From contig OZ251997.1 in assembly GCA_965247095.1 (NCBI GenBank), positions 4,448,001-4,512,000 on the forward strand: DNA of 64,000 nucleotides, given 5' to 3'. Below are positions 19,833-30,109 of this stretch, piece by piece; positions within the stretch are counted from its first letter, which is position 1, and every line of letters starts with the position of its first letter. The notes below the pieces were generated by a model that did not search any database, was not told where the DNA came from, and was given only the letters and a program-made list of their open reading frames with translations. The translations under genes and the position numbers were made by a program. Source of the DNA: Candidatus Multivorans sp. (GTDB taxonomy: Bacteria; Acidobacteriota; Thermoanaerobaculia; Multivoradales; Multivoraceae).

Positions 19833-20145
19833 GGCGGCGGAAGCTAGCAGGTGTGGATCGGCCCGCAGCCTCCCGCCGCGTGCTCGGCGAAGCCGAAGCC
19901 GCCGAAGAAGCCGCCAACCAACGGTGGCGCGAGGTTGGGCCGCCGAAGCCGCCGCCTGGAAGGAGTTTCAGGCGGAAGCAGGCGCCAGCATCCGGGCGGG
20001 CCGCGGCGTTACCGACCTGCGACACCCCGGATCGAGGCTGAGCCATCGACAGTCCGCATGGCGTTACGCCCGCGACCAGCTCGGCCGCGGTGTACGCGAA
20101 CCGGAGTGCTACGCTAAGCGCTGGGAGTGAGGGGAAGCCTAGGCG

Positions 20146-20349
20146 ATGAAGCTGCAGGTCGTGATTCATGAGGCCGACGAGGGCGGATACTGGGCGGAAG
20201 TACCGTCTATCCCGGGTTGTGCCACCCAGGGAGATTCCTTCGAAGAACTGCTGAACAACCTTTACGAGGCGATCGAGGGGTGCCTTTCCGTTGAAGTCGC
20301 TGACGTTCCTGTCTCCGGCACGGACCGGGTCATCGAAATCGCTGTGTGA
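20146..20349 (+). CDS. hicB: HicB family antitoxin
   Basis: EGGYWAEVPSIPGCATQGDSFEEL..EAI. Confidence 0.9.
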   Translation: MKLQVVIHEADEGGYWAEVPSIPGCATQGDSFEELLNNLYEAIEGCLSVEVADVPVSGTDRVIEIAV

Positions 20350-20549
20350 AGGCCCTGACCGGCAAGCAGTTCTGCTCGCTGCTCGAATCGCGAGGATGGC
20401 AGTTGAAGCGGATCCGAGGCAGCCATCACATCTTCGTCAAGCCGGGCTTTGCGGTTCGTATCTCGGTTCCAGTCCACAGGGGCACACTGAAGGGCGGCCT
20501 TCAACGACACCTGATGAAGCTCGCCCAGATCAAGGACTCGGAGTTGTAA
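20346..20549 (+). CDS. hicA: HicA family toxin
   Basis: GW..RIRGSHHIF..ISVPVH; GTGA overlap with hicB. Confidence 0.9.
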   Translation: MKALTGKQFCSLLESRGWQLKRIRGSHHIFVKPGFAVRISVPVHRGTLKGGLQRHLMKLAQIKDSEL

Positions 20550-20806
20550 GCTCCGCCATCCACGCCAAACAGGGGACGTGCGCTCCCAAACGTCGCGGCA
20601 TGGTGGCCGTTTTGAGGGGCAGCCTTGAGTCGATCGAGGCCTGATCGCGGCTGGCGCTGGCCCGAATGAGGTAGACGAGAGTTCCAGCCCGCCTCTGTGG
20701 TCCGCTTCAACGTTCCCCCGATTTGCCGGGGCTGGCCAGGAGGCGTAGCGTGCCGTAGGGCACCCTTGGGCCTTGTCGCCGGCTGCCGGCGAAGGCGATC
20801 AGTTCA

Positions 20807-21412
20807 TTGGGCCAGCCCCGCTTCGGCGGTGCCATGCTTACTGTAGTGTCCCTCAAGGCCATGAAGCTTGAGCCGCTTGACACCGGTGTTCCCGTAGTGG
20901 AGCGTGTCCGTGCTGCGCTCGCCAGCGGTGCCGACTTGTTGGCCAGAGACGAGTTCGGCTGGACGCTTCTGCACGAAGCTGCCTGCGAGGGGGATGCTGA
21001 GGCCGTCAGGCTGCTGATCTGCGCTGGTGCCGAACCGAACGTGGTGGTGCAGGGCGATGGGGATGACAACTACGGTCAGACGCCTCTGCACTGTGCTGCC
21101 CGAAACGGCAATCTTGAGTCGGTGCGGGCGCTGGTCGCGGCCGGCGCCGACGTGAGTGCGCGGGCCGAGGAAGGCGAGACGCCTTTGCACGTTGCTGTCG
21201 TCTTCGGCTCTTCGGAGCTGGCGTATGCGCGAAGCCACCCTGGCGACGAGCGGGAAGGGAAGGGCAAATCGGGAGCGCTCCCGCGGGGGTTTACTCGCTA
21301 CGTTGAGTCAGTGAAGGTGCTGCTCAACGCCGGCGCCGACCCAAGTGCGCGAACCGAATCGGGCGTGACGCCTCTGCACCTGGCTGTCGACGGCGACTTT
21401 TTCGGCGATTGA
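20807..21412 (+). CDS. ankyrin-repeat protein, probably 3'-truncated
   Basis: GWTLLHEAA, GQTPLHCAA, GETPLHVAV, GVTPLHLAV; ends mid-repeat; start uncertain. Confidence 0.8.
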   Translation: MGQPRFGGAMLTVVSLKAMKLEPLDTGVPVVERVRAALASGADLLARDEFGWTLLHEAACEGDAEAVRLLICAGAEPNVVVQGDGDDNYGQTPLHCAARNGNLESVRALVAAGADVSARAEEGETPLHVAVVFGSSELAYARSHPGDEREGKGKSGALPRGFTRYVESVKVLLNAGADPSARTESGVTPLHLAVDGDFFGD

Positions 21413-21413
21413 G

Positions 21414-21716
21414 GTGCAGGTCCCTTGGGAGGAGGACGTGAGCGTGACGGAGGACGCGCTTCGGGTCGAGCTGTCGGATGGGCGTACGGTCTGGGTGCCG
21501 GTAGCCTGGTATCCGCGACTGGTTCATGCCACGGTGAGGGAACGGGCGAACTGGGAACTGATCGGGAATGGAGTCGGCATTCGTTGGCCTGACCTGGACG
21601 AGGACGTCAGTGTCGAGGGTTTGATCGCCGGTCGTTCGTCGGGTGAGAGTCAGCGGTCACTGCGCCGATGGCTGGAGGCCCGGGCCTCGATGCGGCACGG
21701 CGTGGACCCAGAGTAG
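21414..21716 (+). CDS. DUF2442 family protein (TA-associated)
   Basis: VELSDGR..VPVAWYPRLVHAT..ERANW..GIRWPDLDEDVSVEGL. Confidence 0.85.
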   Translation: MQVPWEEDVSVTEDALRVELSDGRTVWVPVAWYPRLVHATVRERANWELIGNGVGIRWPDLDEDVSVEGLIAGRSSGESQRSLRRWLEARASMRHGVDPE

Positions 21717-21765
21717 GTTGCTCGTTCTTGCGGCACCGTTCTGGCGGTGCCAGTCGCGTAGTAGG

Positions 21766-22149
21766 GTGGCACGAGACGACTTGGGCCACACGCCCCTCCA
21801 CTTTACTGCTTGGTATGGGAGCCCCGAGTCGGTGGAGGCGCTGCTAGCTGCTGGCGCCGACGCGAACGCCAGAAACGAGGTTGGAGATACGCCCCCTCAT
21901 GTGGCTGCCTCTGGTGCCAGGCTGGGAGCACTGAAAGCGATCATCGCGGCCGGCAGCCACCTGAACCTGCGGAACGAGTACGGCTTCATGCCCATCCATC
22001 AAGCCGCTACCTGCCCCGCTCTTTCTCTCTGCGCCGAGGCGATCAGGGTGTTGATCGCCGCCGGTTCGGACCCGAATGCGCGAATCGGTGATTGCGGAGA
22101 GGACCATCATGGGAAGTGCTGCAGGCGAACGCGAATCTGGACGAGGTGA
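21766..22149 (+). pseudogene. ankyrin-repeat fragment
   Basis: GHTPLHFTA, GDTPPHVAA, GFMPIHQAA; no clear start or RBS. Confidence 0.65.
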
Positions 22150-22281
22150 AGGGGTCGGACGACTACTGGCGTTTGAACGACGCCCGCTTCAACCATCCGC
22201 CGGCGGCTGACCCCGGCGAACCCGACGTGCCGTAGAGCAGTCAGCGACCACGGCGTCTGCAGCGCTTGATAGCTTGCGCCC

Positions 22282-23493
22282 GTGTCGGTGAAGGACCAGT
22301 TCGACGCACTCCGCATTGAGGACCTGGCGGCCCGCACCGGGTTCAAGTGGAGCCGCTACACTGCCAATGGCAGCGGGATTTTGCCGGCGTGGGTGGCGGA
22401 CATGGACTTTCCCATCGCCGAGCCGATTCAGCGCGTGGTGCGGAACCTGGTCGAGCGGTCCGACCTCGGCTACTGCGAGCCGCCGGATATCGGCGATCTG
22501 CCCGAGATCTTCGGCCGGCGGATGGAGGAGCAGCTTGGCTGGACGGTGGCGCCGGAGCGGATCCGCTTCCTGGTCAACGCGCTCCAGGGCCTCGACCTGT
22601 CGCTCATGCTGGGCAGCGAGAAGGGCGATGGGATAGTCGTCCAGACGCCGATCTACCCGCCGTTCCTCGAGGCCGTGGCCGGCACCGGCCGGCGGCTGGC
22701 CGAGTCGCCGCTGCGCCGCGGTGCTGGGTCCGGCGCCGGAAGTGGGCGCTTCGAGATGGACCTCGACCAGTTGCGGTCCGTGATCGACAAGGACACGCGG
22801 GTGTTCATGCTCTGCAACCCGCACAACCCGAGCGGTCGCTCGTGGACCCGGCGCGAGTTGGAGGCGGTCGCGGAGCTCGCGATCGAGCACGACCTGATCG
22901 TGCTTGCCGACGAGATCCACAACGAACTCGTGTTCCCGGGCCACCAGCACACCGTGTTCGAGACTCTGGGCCCCGAGGTCAAGGAGCGCACGGTCACGAT
23001 CACGTCGGCGACCAAGTCGTTCAACCTCGCCGGGCTGGAGCTCGCGCTGCTGGTGTTCGGCAGCGAGAAGTTGAAGAAGCGGTTCGACGAACTGCCGCAT
23101 CTTGTCCTGGCGCATCCCGGCATCCTGGGCGTCGAATCGGCGCGGGTGGCATGGCGCGACGGAGGGCCATGGCTTGCGGAGACGGTGTCCTACCTGGACG
23201 CCAACCGCGCTTTCCTGACGGACTTTCTGAACCGGCGCCTGCCGGGGATCGTGCACGGGCCGCAGGAGGCGACGTACCTCTACTGGCTCGACTGCCGCGG
23301 CCTCGACCTGCCGATGCCGGCGTCCCGGTTCTTCCTCAAGCGGGCGAAGGTGGCGCTCAACGACGGTGCGGAGTTCGGGCCGCCGGGCTCGACGCTCGGC
23401 TTCGAGCGCTGCGCGCGGCTGAACTTTGCCACCTCCCGCGCCATTCTCGAGGAGATCCTCGAGCGGATGGCGGCCGCGGTGGGGAGAGCCTGA
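22282..23493 (+). CDS. MalY/PatB family PLP-dependent C-S lyase/aminotransferase
   Basis: WVADMDF, LCNPHNPSGR, DEIH, SATKSFNLAG, RLNFAT. Confidence 0.9.
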   Translation: MSVKDQFDALRIEDLAARTGFKWSRYTANGSGILPAWVADMDFPIAEPIQRVVRNLVERSDLGYCEPPDIGDLPEIFGRRMEEQLGWTVAPERIRFLVNALQGLDLSLMLGSEKGDGIVVQTPIYPPFLEAVAGTGRRLAESPLRRGAGSGAGSGRFEMDLDQLRSVIDKDTRVFMLCNPHNPSGRSWTRRELEAVAELAIEHDLIVLADEIHNELVFPGHQHTVFETLGPEVKERTVTITSATKSFNLAGLELALLVFGSEKLKKRFDELPHLVLAHPGILGVESARVAWRDGGPWLAETVSYLDANRAFLTDFLNRRLPGIVHGPQEATYLYWLDCRGLDLPMPASRFFLKRAKVALNDGAEFGPPGSTLGFERCARLNFATSRAILEEILERMAAAVGRA

Positions 23494-23510
23494 GAGACTG
23501 GATCGCGCCG

Positions 23511-24947
23511 ATGGGAAGACTGCGAAGACTGCGAAGGCAAGCTGGCAAGTTGCCGGACTCGGTTTTCCTTGTGTGCCTCGTGCTGGCGCCGCTATCCGTC
23601 CTGGCCGTGCCGGGGGACGCTGTAGCACAGGCGCCCGCGCCTGCGACCGGCGAACTGCCGGATGTCGAGTGCCTTCGTCTGATGCGTCGGGCGCAGATCG
23701 CGTGGCTGTCCTCCCAGCCGGCCGAGGAGATCGGATGGCTCAAGAGGGCGCGCCGCGATTGCAACGAGCCGGTTGCGCCCCTCACCGCACTGCTGCGAGT
23801 CCATCGGCGAAACCCGCTGCCTGAGAACGAGATGCAGGGGTATCGAAGAGAACTGCTCGGGGCGTTGGACGATCCATCTACTGCACCGTCGCCAGGTGTT
23901 GTCGAGCACATCGCCCGCAGTGAGGAAGCGGACGAAACGGTGCTGCTGGCGGCGTTCGGCCTGGTGGAGCAGCGGCTGGCGCTGGAGAGTCCAGATCGCG
24001 CACGGTTCCTGCGGTTGAAAGCACTGCTGCAGCAGCGTCTCCGGCGGCTCCCCGAGGCTACGGAAACGGTCGTGCAGTTGCGCGCCACCGAGCCGCGGAA
24101 CGAAGAGATCGCCTGGGCCCTGCTACGACTGCTCATTCTCCAGTCGAATTGGGGCGCCACCGCCGACCTGCTCGGTGAGATGGTGCGGGATGGCGCGCAG
24201 GGACTTCGCTCTCGCTATGCACAGGCGCTTGCGCGGGCCGGCCGTGTGGACGAAGCGAATCAGCAGTTGAGGATCGTTGCCTCTGAACTCGACCATAGCG
24301 ATCAGATGGAGCTGAATGACTTCGCGGCGGAGGTTCTCACCGCCGCGTGGAATTTGAGGGATTCTGGCCGTTTCGATGAAGCGGAGAGCCTGTTCCGCCT
24401 CGCTGAGGAGCATGCGCATGAGGACAACCGGGTCAGCAGGGAGGCGAGGCGTGCGCTCGTTGAACTCTACGGCACGAAGGAACAGCGCGCCTCGCACCGG
24501 CAGGCGGCGGAGGATCAGTGGCAGCAGGTGACGGATCCCCAGTTGATCCTGAACGAGGGTGCGAACCAACTGAGTGCGGGCAATTTCGATCGGGCGATCG
24601 AGCTATTGAAGCGGGCGGCCGAAGAGCTGGGTCACCTGGAGGCGGTCTGGTACAACCTGGGCTTTGCCGCGTATCGAGCGGAACGGTGGGAAGAGGCGTC
24701 GCAGGCGCTTGATCGTGCTGGCGAGTTGAACGATCAGCGGGCGGACACCTTCTTCTTCAGCGGTCTCGCGCTTGCCAACCTGGAGCGCTGGGAGGAGGCG
24801 ATTCCGCGGCTACTGCGGACTCTCGAGCTCGATCCAGGGCGGCGTCTGGCCCACTACCACCTTTGGGTGTGCTACAAGTCGCTCGGCCGTGAAGCCGAGG
24901 CCGCCAGTCACCGGGCTGAGTACGACTCTCTGGGTGAAGGGCAGTAG
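23511..24947 (+). CDS. secreted tetratricopeptide-repeat protein
   Basis: Signal peptide; C-terminal TPRs (AVWYNLGFAAY, AHYHLWVCY). Confidence 0.75.
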   Translation: MGRLRRLRRQAGKLPDSVFLVCLVLAPLSVLAVPGDAVAQAPAPATGELPDVECLRLMRRAQIAWLSSQPAEEIGWLKRARRDCNEPVAPLTALLRVHRRNPLPENEMQGYRRELLGALDDPSTAPSPGVVEHIARSEEADETVLLAAFGLVEQRLALESPDRARFLRLKALLQQRLRRLPEATETVVQLRATEPRNEEIAWALLRLLILQSNWGATADLLGEMVRDGAQGLRSRYAQALARAGRVDEANQQLRIVASELDHSDQMELNDFAAEVLTAAWNLRDSGRFDEAESLFRLAEEHAHEDNRVSREARRALVELYGTKEQRASHRQAAEDQWQQVTDPQLILNEGANQLSAGNFDRAIELLKRAAEELGHLEAVWYNLGFAAYRAERWEEASQALDRAGELNDQRADTFFFSGLALANLERWEEAIPRLLRTLELDPGRRLAHYHLWVCYKSLGREAEAASHRAEYDSLGEGQ

Positions 24948-24971
24948 GCGCGCTCGGGGAGAAGAGCTCTA

Positions 24972-26384
24972 CTAGAACTTTCGAACGTAGCGTTCGAACT
25001 CAGCTTGCAACGCCTCGGGCGTTGTCCCATAGGCCGCGGTGATCGCGTCCTGTCCTGAGTAGCCCTCGACGAGGTAGAGCAGCATTGCGGCGAAGGGTTG
25101 CTCGGTGTCCCACTCCTCCCTGCCGTGGCGCAGGAAGTGGGTCAGCAGCCAGGAGAAACCGTAGTACTGCTGGTAGCGCAGGCCGTAGAACGTGTCTCGC
25201 GTCGCTTCGAGAAGCTCGGCCACGGTCGGCGCTTCGCCCCGCTTCAAGCTCGCGCGAGCTTCGGCCAGGCTCCAACTCGCCGTGCCCCGCAACTGCCGGG
25301 CGCGACGGTGGAAGATGACGTACTTGCTGCCGCTTGTCTTGCCCGGAATCAGGTGACCTTTCTCGATCTTGGAGTTGGCAAAGTACTCTGCCAGACCCTC
25401 TTCGGCCCATCGCGGCAGCTCCTTCCCGGGCGCCGTCAGGTGGCTGTCGCTGAATGCGTGGAAGGCTTCGTGGAACATCGAGTGCACCAGTTGGTCAGAG
25501 CTCTGGACTTGCTGGTGGAAGGCCATCAGACCGGGCGGACGATAGAAGCCGGCGCCGAAGCCCGTGCTGCCCAATTGCCGTTGCAGTGCGACGAGACTCG
25601 CCTGCTGGCGAAACAGATAGACGACGGTCTTGAAGTTCTCCGGCAGCGGCTCGATGTGCGGATCGAAGAGCGAGTGGAAGACCTGATAGATCGCCTCCAT
25701 GTTGCCGGCAAGAGCAGTGATCGTCGCTTCTTCCCTGGCGTCGCTGATCAGGATGAAGCGGCGAGTCTCCCGACGTCTCCGGTGATCCTTGTCGATGTAC
25801 CTCTCCGCGGCCTCGACGGCGCGGTTTAGCGCCCGGGCGCGTTGGGATGGAGTCAGCGGTTCGGCTAGTTCGGTCAGGCCGCCCGCCGCCACGAGCACCT
25901 CGAGCTGTGGGTCGAAGTTCTGGCTGGCGAGTTCGTACTGACGTTCTCCTTCAGGACTCTCGAACTTCAGGCGCCACGAGAGGGTTGAGGGCACGGGCTT
26001 GTCCTCCCCGTCCCTGGCCGGCCCGTAGCGCCAGTCCGCCAGATTGCGCTTCACATGGAACCGGAGCAGATCGTCGAACCTGGACGAAGGTTGGATCGCG
26101 AGAACCTCCACGCCGGTCACCGCTCCCGCAGAATCAATCTCGATGCGGACCTCAACCTCCGGGTCGAGATCGCTGCCGGCCATCGCTCTCGGCGCGACCA
26201 GTTCGTAGTTGCGGATCGCCACCGGGCCGGCGACGATCTCGTCCGCGTCTTGCTGGGCCGCGGCGGCCGCGGCGCCAGCTACGAGCCCGAGGAAGCTGAC
26301 TGCCGTAAACAGGGCCGGTAGACAATGCCGGCCGCCGCGGGTGCGGTTGCTGACGTCCGCGCTCAGTCGCCGGAGACGGGCCAC
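24972..26384 (-). CDS. TonB C-terminal-like domain fused to DUF1570/zincin-like domain
   Basis: VEVRIEIDSAGAVTGVEVL..WRYGPA; FHEAFH and LPRWAEEGLAEYF; start uncertain. Confidence 0.65.
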   Translation of the reverse strand: MARLRRLSADVSNRTRGGRHCLPALFTAVSFLGLVAGAAAAAAQQDADEIVAGPVAIRNYELVAPRAMAGSDLDPEVEVRIEIDSAGAVTGVEVLAIQPSSRFDDLLRFHVKRNLADWRYGPARDGEDKPVPSTLSWRLKFESPEGERQYELASQNFDPQLEVLVAAGGLTELAEPLTPSQRARALNRAVEAAERYIDKDHRRRRETRRFILISDAREEATITALAGNMEAIYQVFHSLFDPHIEPLPENFKTVVYLFRQQASLVALQRQLGSTGFGAGFYRPPGLMAFHQQVQSSDQLVHSMFHEAFHAFSDSHLTAPGKELPRWAEEGLAEYFANSKIEKGHLIPGKTSGSKYVIFHRRARQLRGTASWSLAEARASLKRGEAPTVAELLEATRDTFYGLRYQQYYGFSWLLTHFLRHGREEWDTEQPFAAMLLYLVEGYSGQDAITAAYGTTPEALQAEFERYVRKF

Positions 26385-27151
26385 TTCAGGACCCTGCGCG
26401 TGCTGGGCGGCTCGGCGCCGCCGTCCACGACGGCCTGAGGCCCCCGCGTCGACCCATCGGGCAGGAAGGAGCGCAGCCAGGCGGTGGCGACCACTTCGGC
26501 GATCCCGAGGATCTCGCCGCGGCTGCTGCGGGGGTGCGCCGCGGCCGTTTCCACCAGCTCGACGAGTCCCCGTTCGGCGGCGCCGGCCGGGAAGCCGAAG
26601 ACCCCGCACAGACGTCCCGTGGTCTCGCCCTCCAAGGCCACGACGCGCGTGCCGACGAGGTCGCCGGCTTCCAGGGGCTCCATCGCCGGATGCGGTTCGA
26701 CCTGGACCTGCTGGCGGCTGGTCACCTCTTCCAGCGCGACCCGGCCGTTCTCCGGACCGATGCGGTAGAGCTGCAGGCGGCTTCCGACCAGTGCCTCCAG
26801 CCAGCGCCGCTCCGTCACTTCCAGCAGCAGCCCACCCGCTCCGAGCAGCTTGTCGGCGAAGCTGAAGGAGCGGCAGTCGCCCTCGTCGGCGTCCGGCTCG
26901 AAGCGCCCCTGGGCGAGCAGGCAGCTCATCGCGTTGGCGAAGAAGATGGCCTGATCGCGGCCACTGCGGGCCTGCAACTGCTCTTCGAGGTCGATCCGCT
27001 CCTGGTCGTCCAGGCCGATCAGGAACTGGTCCTCGATCGCCCACTCGACTTCCTCGCCGTACCGTTCCAGCAGCCAGCCGCTTGCTCGCTCCACCGCGCG
27101 CCCGAGCGCGTCGGGGCCGATCGAAGGGGGGGCAACGTGCTGCTGTTCCAT
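26363..27151 (-). CDS. hypothetical protein
   Basis: 262 aa ORF with host-like codon pattern. Confidence 0.6.
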   Translation of the reverse strand: MEQQHVAPPSIGPDALGRAVERASGWLLERYGEEVEWAIEDQFLIGLDDQERIDLEEQLQARSGRDQAIFFANAMSCLLAQGRFEPDADEGDCRSFSFADKLLGAGGLLLEVTERRWLEALVGSRLQLYRIGPENGRVALEEVTSRQQVQVEPHPAMEPLEAGDLVGTRVVALEGETTGRLCGVFGFPAGAAERGLVELVETAAAHPRSSRGEILGIAEVVATAWLRSFLPDGSTRGPQAVVDGGAEPPSTRRVLKWPVSGD

Positions 27152-27237
27152 GCCGGGATGCTAACGCCGATTCTCTGTAAATACCACAAAAGGCGTAACT
27201 TAGCGATAAGGATGCCCTCTTCGAAGCGGCACCCTGT

Positions 27238-28296
27238 TTATGCGGAATCGGTGTCTTCCTCGCCATTTGAGGCGTCCATCACGGCGTACGCGCGCTCTAC
27301 GCACTGGAGCTTGATCGTGTCCGGGGCAGTGGCCAGGAAGCCCTGCCACTCGATCGTCGAGATCGCCTCTTCGGCGGTCAGACCCTGGTCGCGAGCGCTC
27401 ACGGCCTGGTTCCAGAAGTCGCTCAGGAAGTCGCGCAGCGCCGCCACCTGGGCCATGTCGCTGAACGCCTCCCCGTGGCCGGGAAGGATCAGGTCGAAAT
27501 CGAGTTCCTCGAAGCGGTCCAGCGTTTCGAGCCATTCGTCGACGTAGCCGTCGCCGATGTAGGCGCCGCCGGCCAGCACCAGGTCGCCGGTGAACACAAC
27601 CCGCTCGTTGGGCAGCAGGACGACCACGTCGCCGCCGGTGTGACCGCGGCCCAGGTGGAGCAGTTCAATCGGCCGGTCCTGGCCTTCCCAGGTGCGGTGG
27701 ATCGTCATTCGCTTCTTGAGCGTCATGTTCGGCGGCGTCGGTTCGGTCTCGTCGAGGTCGACGTAATGCGCTTCCTGGACTGCGATCTGCTGCATCAGAT
27801 CTTCCTTGTCCTTGCCGTCCTCCATGGCGTCGGCGTTCTTCTTCATCTCCGCGATCTGGTCGGGGATCCAGTTGGAGAAGTTCTGGAACGTGCCCTGCTC
27901 CAGAACGTCGCTCATCAGCATCTCGCGTGTGAACTCGTGGCCGACAATCGCCACGTCCTCGGGGAAGACCTGGTTCCCGTGCGCGTGGTCGAAGTGGTAG
28001 TGGGTGTTCACGAGGTGCGTTACGGGCTTGTCCGTGACCTCCGCGATCGCGGCGAGCAGGGCGCGGGCCGCGGCCGGCGTGACGTGGGAGTCGACGACCA
28101 GTGCGTCCTCGTCGGTGAGCACGAGCATCGAGTTGCTCTGGACGAAGATCGAGCCCGTGCCGACGACGAAGTAGACGCCGGGGGCCACCTCGTCGAAGCG
28201 GTGGGTCTCGACGTCTTCGGCGGCGCAGCCGGCGAGACAGGCGGCCAGGGCGACGACGACGAGACAGGTAAGGGCGGGGCGGTAGGTCGGACGCAT
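27238..28296 (-). CDS. MBL-fold metallo-hydrolase lipoprotein
   Basis: LAGC lipobox; THYHFDHAHGN, GHTGGD, FTGDL, PGHG. Confidence 0.88.
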   Translation of the reverse strand: MRPTYRPALTCLVVVALAACLAGCAAEDVETHRFDEVAPGVYFVVGTGSIFVQSNSMLVLTDEDALVVDSHVTPAAARALLAAIAEVTDKPVTHLVNTHYHFDHAHGNQVFPEDVAIVGHEFTREMLMSDVLEQGTFQNFSNWIPDQIAEMKKNADAMEDGKDKEDLMQQIAVQEAHYVDLDETEPTPPNMTLKKRMTIHRTWEGQDRPIELLHLGRGHTGGDVVVLLPNERVVFTGDLVLAGGAYIGDGYVDEWLETLDRFEELDFDLILPGHGEAFSDMAQVAALRDFLSDFWNQAVSARDQGLTAEEAISTIEWQGFLATAPDTIKLQCVERAYAVMDASNGEEDTDSA

Positions 28297-28373
28297 GGAG
28301 TTGCTCCTCTCCGTTCTGTTCCTGGTAATCATAGAGCCTCCGGGGCCGGATTCGGCGCCTTCCGTCGGTGAAT

Positions 28374-30095
28374 TCAGAGTTCCAGCCGCCGCATCTGGCG
28401 CACCGCGTAGTCGCAGGCGCGGGCGGTGAGCGCCATGTAGGTCAGGCTCGGGTTCTGACAGGCGGACGACGCCATCGCGGCGCCGTCGGTGACGAACAGG
28501 TTGGGCACGTCCCAGGACTGGCACCAGCCGTTGAGCACCGAGGTCTCGGGATCCCGGCCCATCCGCGCCGTGCCCATCTCGTGGATCGCGAAGCCGGGCA
28601 GGGAGTTGCGGTTGAAGGTGCGGATGTTCGTAGCACCCAGCGCTTCCAGCATCTCGGCCGCGCGGTTCTGGATGCCCTCGCGCATGGCGCGCTCGTTCTC
28701 GCCGTAGTTCATCGTGATCCGGGCGGCGGGGATGCCCCATCGGTCCTTGAGTTCCGGGTCGATGGTTACCCGGTTGTCCGGGTTCGGCAGGTTCTCGCCG
28801 AAGCCGGTGAAATTGAGGCGCCAGGGGCCGAGGCCGCGCAAACTGGCCTTGTAGTCGGCGCCGAAGCCCGGTTGGCCGATGCCGCCCTGCCACTGGGTCG
28901 GCCGCCGGGCGCCGCACTGGTAGCCGAAGCCGCGCAGGAAGTCCTTCTCCCGGGTTGCTTCGGCCCGGTCGCCGTCGAGATTCACGAAGCGGGGCAGGTA
29001 GCAGGCGTTCGGCCGCCGCCCGAAGGTCGTCTTGTCCTCCAGGCCGTCCAGATTGCCGTTGGCGCCGGCCTGGAAGATGTGGTCCATCAGGTTGCGGCCG
29101 ACCTGACCGCTGGAGTTCGCCAGGCCCTCGGAGAAGCGGGGGGTCGCCGAGTTCAGGAGGATTCTCGCCGACTCGATCGTCGACGCGCACAGGAAGACGA
29201 GGCGGCCGTGCACTTCGATCGACTCCAGCGACTCGCCGTCGACCAGGTGGACGCCGCTCACCCGGTCGTTCTGCTCGTCGTAGATCAGGTTGTAGACGAC
29301 GCTGTTGGGGCGCACCGTCAAGCGGCCGGTCGCCTCGGCGGCCGGCAGGGTCGCGTTGAGGCTTGAGAAGTAGGACCGGCTCATGCAGCCGCGGCGGCAG
29401 ATGCCGCAGTAGTGGCAGGCGCGGCGACCGAGGTGGTGGCGGGTGAGCACGGCGACCCGGGCGGGAGTGAACCGGCGCGTGCCCCCGAAGGCGCGGTCGA
29501 GGCCCTCTCGAACCCGCTCCTCCATGCAGCTCATGGCGATCGGCGGCAGGAACTGGCCGTCCGGAAGCTGCGGCACGTTCTCGGGCTGGCCGGCGATGCC
29601 GACGAACGACTCCACGTGGTCGTACCAGGGCGCCAGATCCGGGTAGCGGATCGGCCAGTCCGTGCCGTAGCCGTCGCGGGCGTTGGCGCCGAAGTCGAGG
29701 TCGCTCCAGCGGTAGCTCTGCCGGCCCCAGAGCAGGGACCGTCCGCCCACCTGACGGCCGCGAATCCACAGGAACTGCTGGGCGCCCTCACCGACCGAGT
29801 AGGGGTTGTCGATGTCGTCGACGAAGAACTTGCTCGACCACTCGTCGCAGGCGCCGGCGCGGCTCTGGATCGGCTGGCGGTCGGCTTGCTGCTTGCGGTC
29901 CTTCAGGCCCCGGTACGGCATCTGCCAGGGCGGCGTGTGCTCGTTGTAGTCGCGCTCGGGCACCACCGGCGGGCCCGCCTCGAGGACCAGCGTTTCCAGG
30001 CCCTTTTCGGTCAACTCCTTCGCCGCCCAGCCGCCGGTGATGCCGGAGCCGATGACGATCGCGTCCCAGACCTTGCGCTCGATGATCTGAACCAT
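28374..30095 (-). CDS. GMC family oxidoreductase
   Basis: IGSGITGGWAAKEL, VGGRSLLWGRQ, HEMGTARMG, NPSLTYMALTARA. Confidence 0.92.
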   Translation of the reverse strand: MVQIIERKVWDAIVIGSGITGGWAAKELTEKGLETLVLEAGPPVVPERDYNEHTPPWQMPYRGLKDRKQQADRQPIQSRAGACDEWSSKFFVDDIDNPYSVGEGAQQFLWIRGRQVGGRSLLWGRQSYRWSDLDFGANARDGYGTDWPIRYPDLAPWYDHVESFVGIAGQPENVPQLPDGQFLPPIAMSCMEERVREGLDRAFGGTRRFTPARVAVLTRHHLGRRACHYCGICRRGCMSRSYFSSLNATLPAAEATGRLTVRPNSVVYNLIYDEQNDRVSGVHLVDGESLESIEVHGRLVFLCASTIESARILLNSATPRFSEGLANSSGQVGRNLMDHIFQAGANGNLDGLEDKTTFGRRPNACYLPRFVNLDGDRAEATREKDFLRGFGYQCGARRPTQWQGGIGQPGFGADYKASLRGLGPWRLNFTGFGENLPNPDNRVTIDPELKDRWGIPAARITMNYGENERAMREGIQNRAAEMLEALGATNIRTFNRNSLPGFAIHEMGTARMGRDPETSVLNGWCQSWDVPNLFVTDGAAMASSACQNPSLTYMALTARACDYAVRQMRRLEL

Positions 30096-30109
30096 GGTCG
30101 CGGCGGCCC

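Noticed and set aside
19850-20130. Short ORFs and GCCGAAGCC repeats between the LLM gene and hicB
   Set aside because: There is no recognisable family or consistent frame; at most a gene remnant.
20555-20800. Possible IS end (GTTTTGAGGGGCAGCC) after hicA
   Set aside because: No partner inverted repeat or transposase was seen.
27152-27237. AT-rich intergenic stretch as a possible ncRNA
   Set aside because: No convincing structure; probably just a promoter region.
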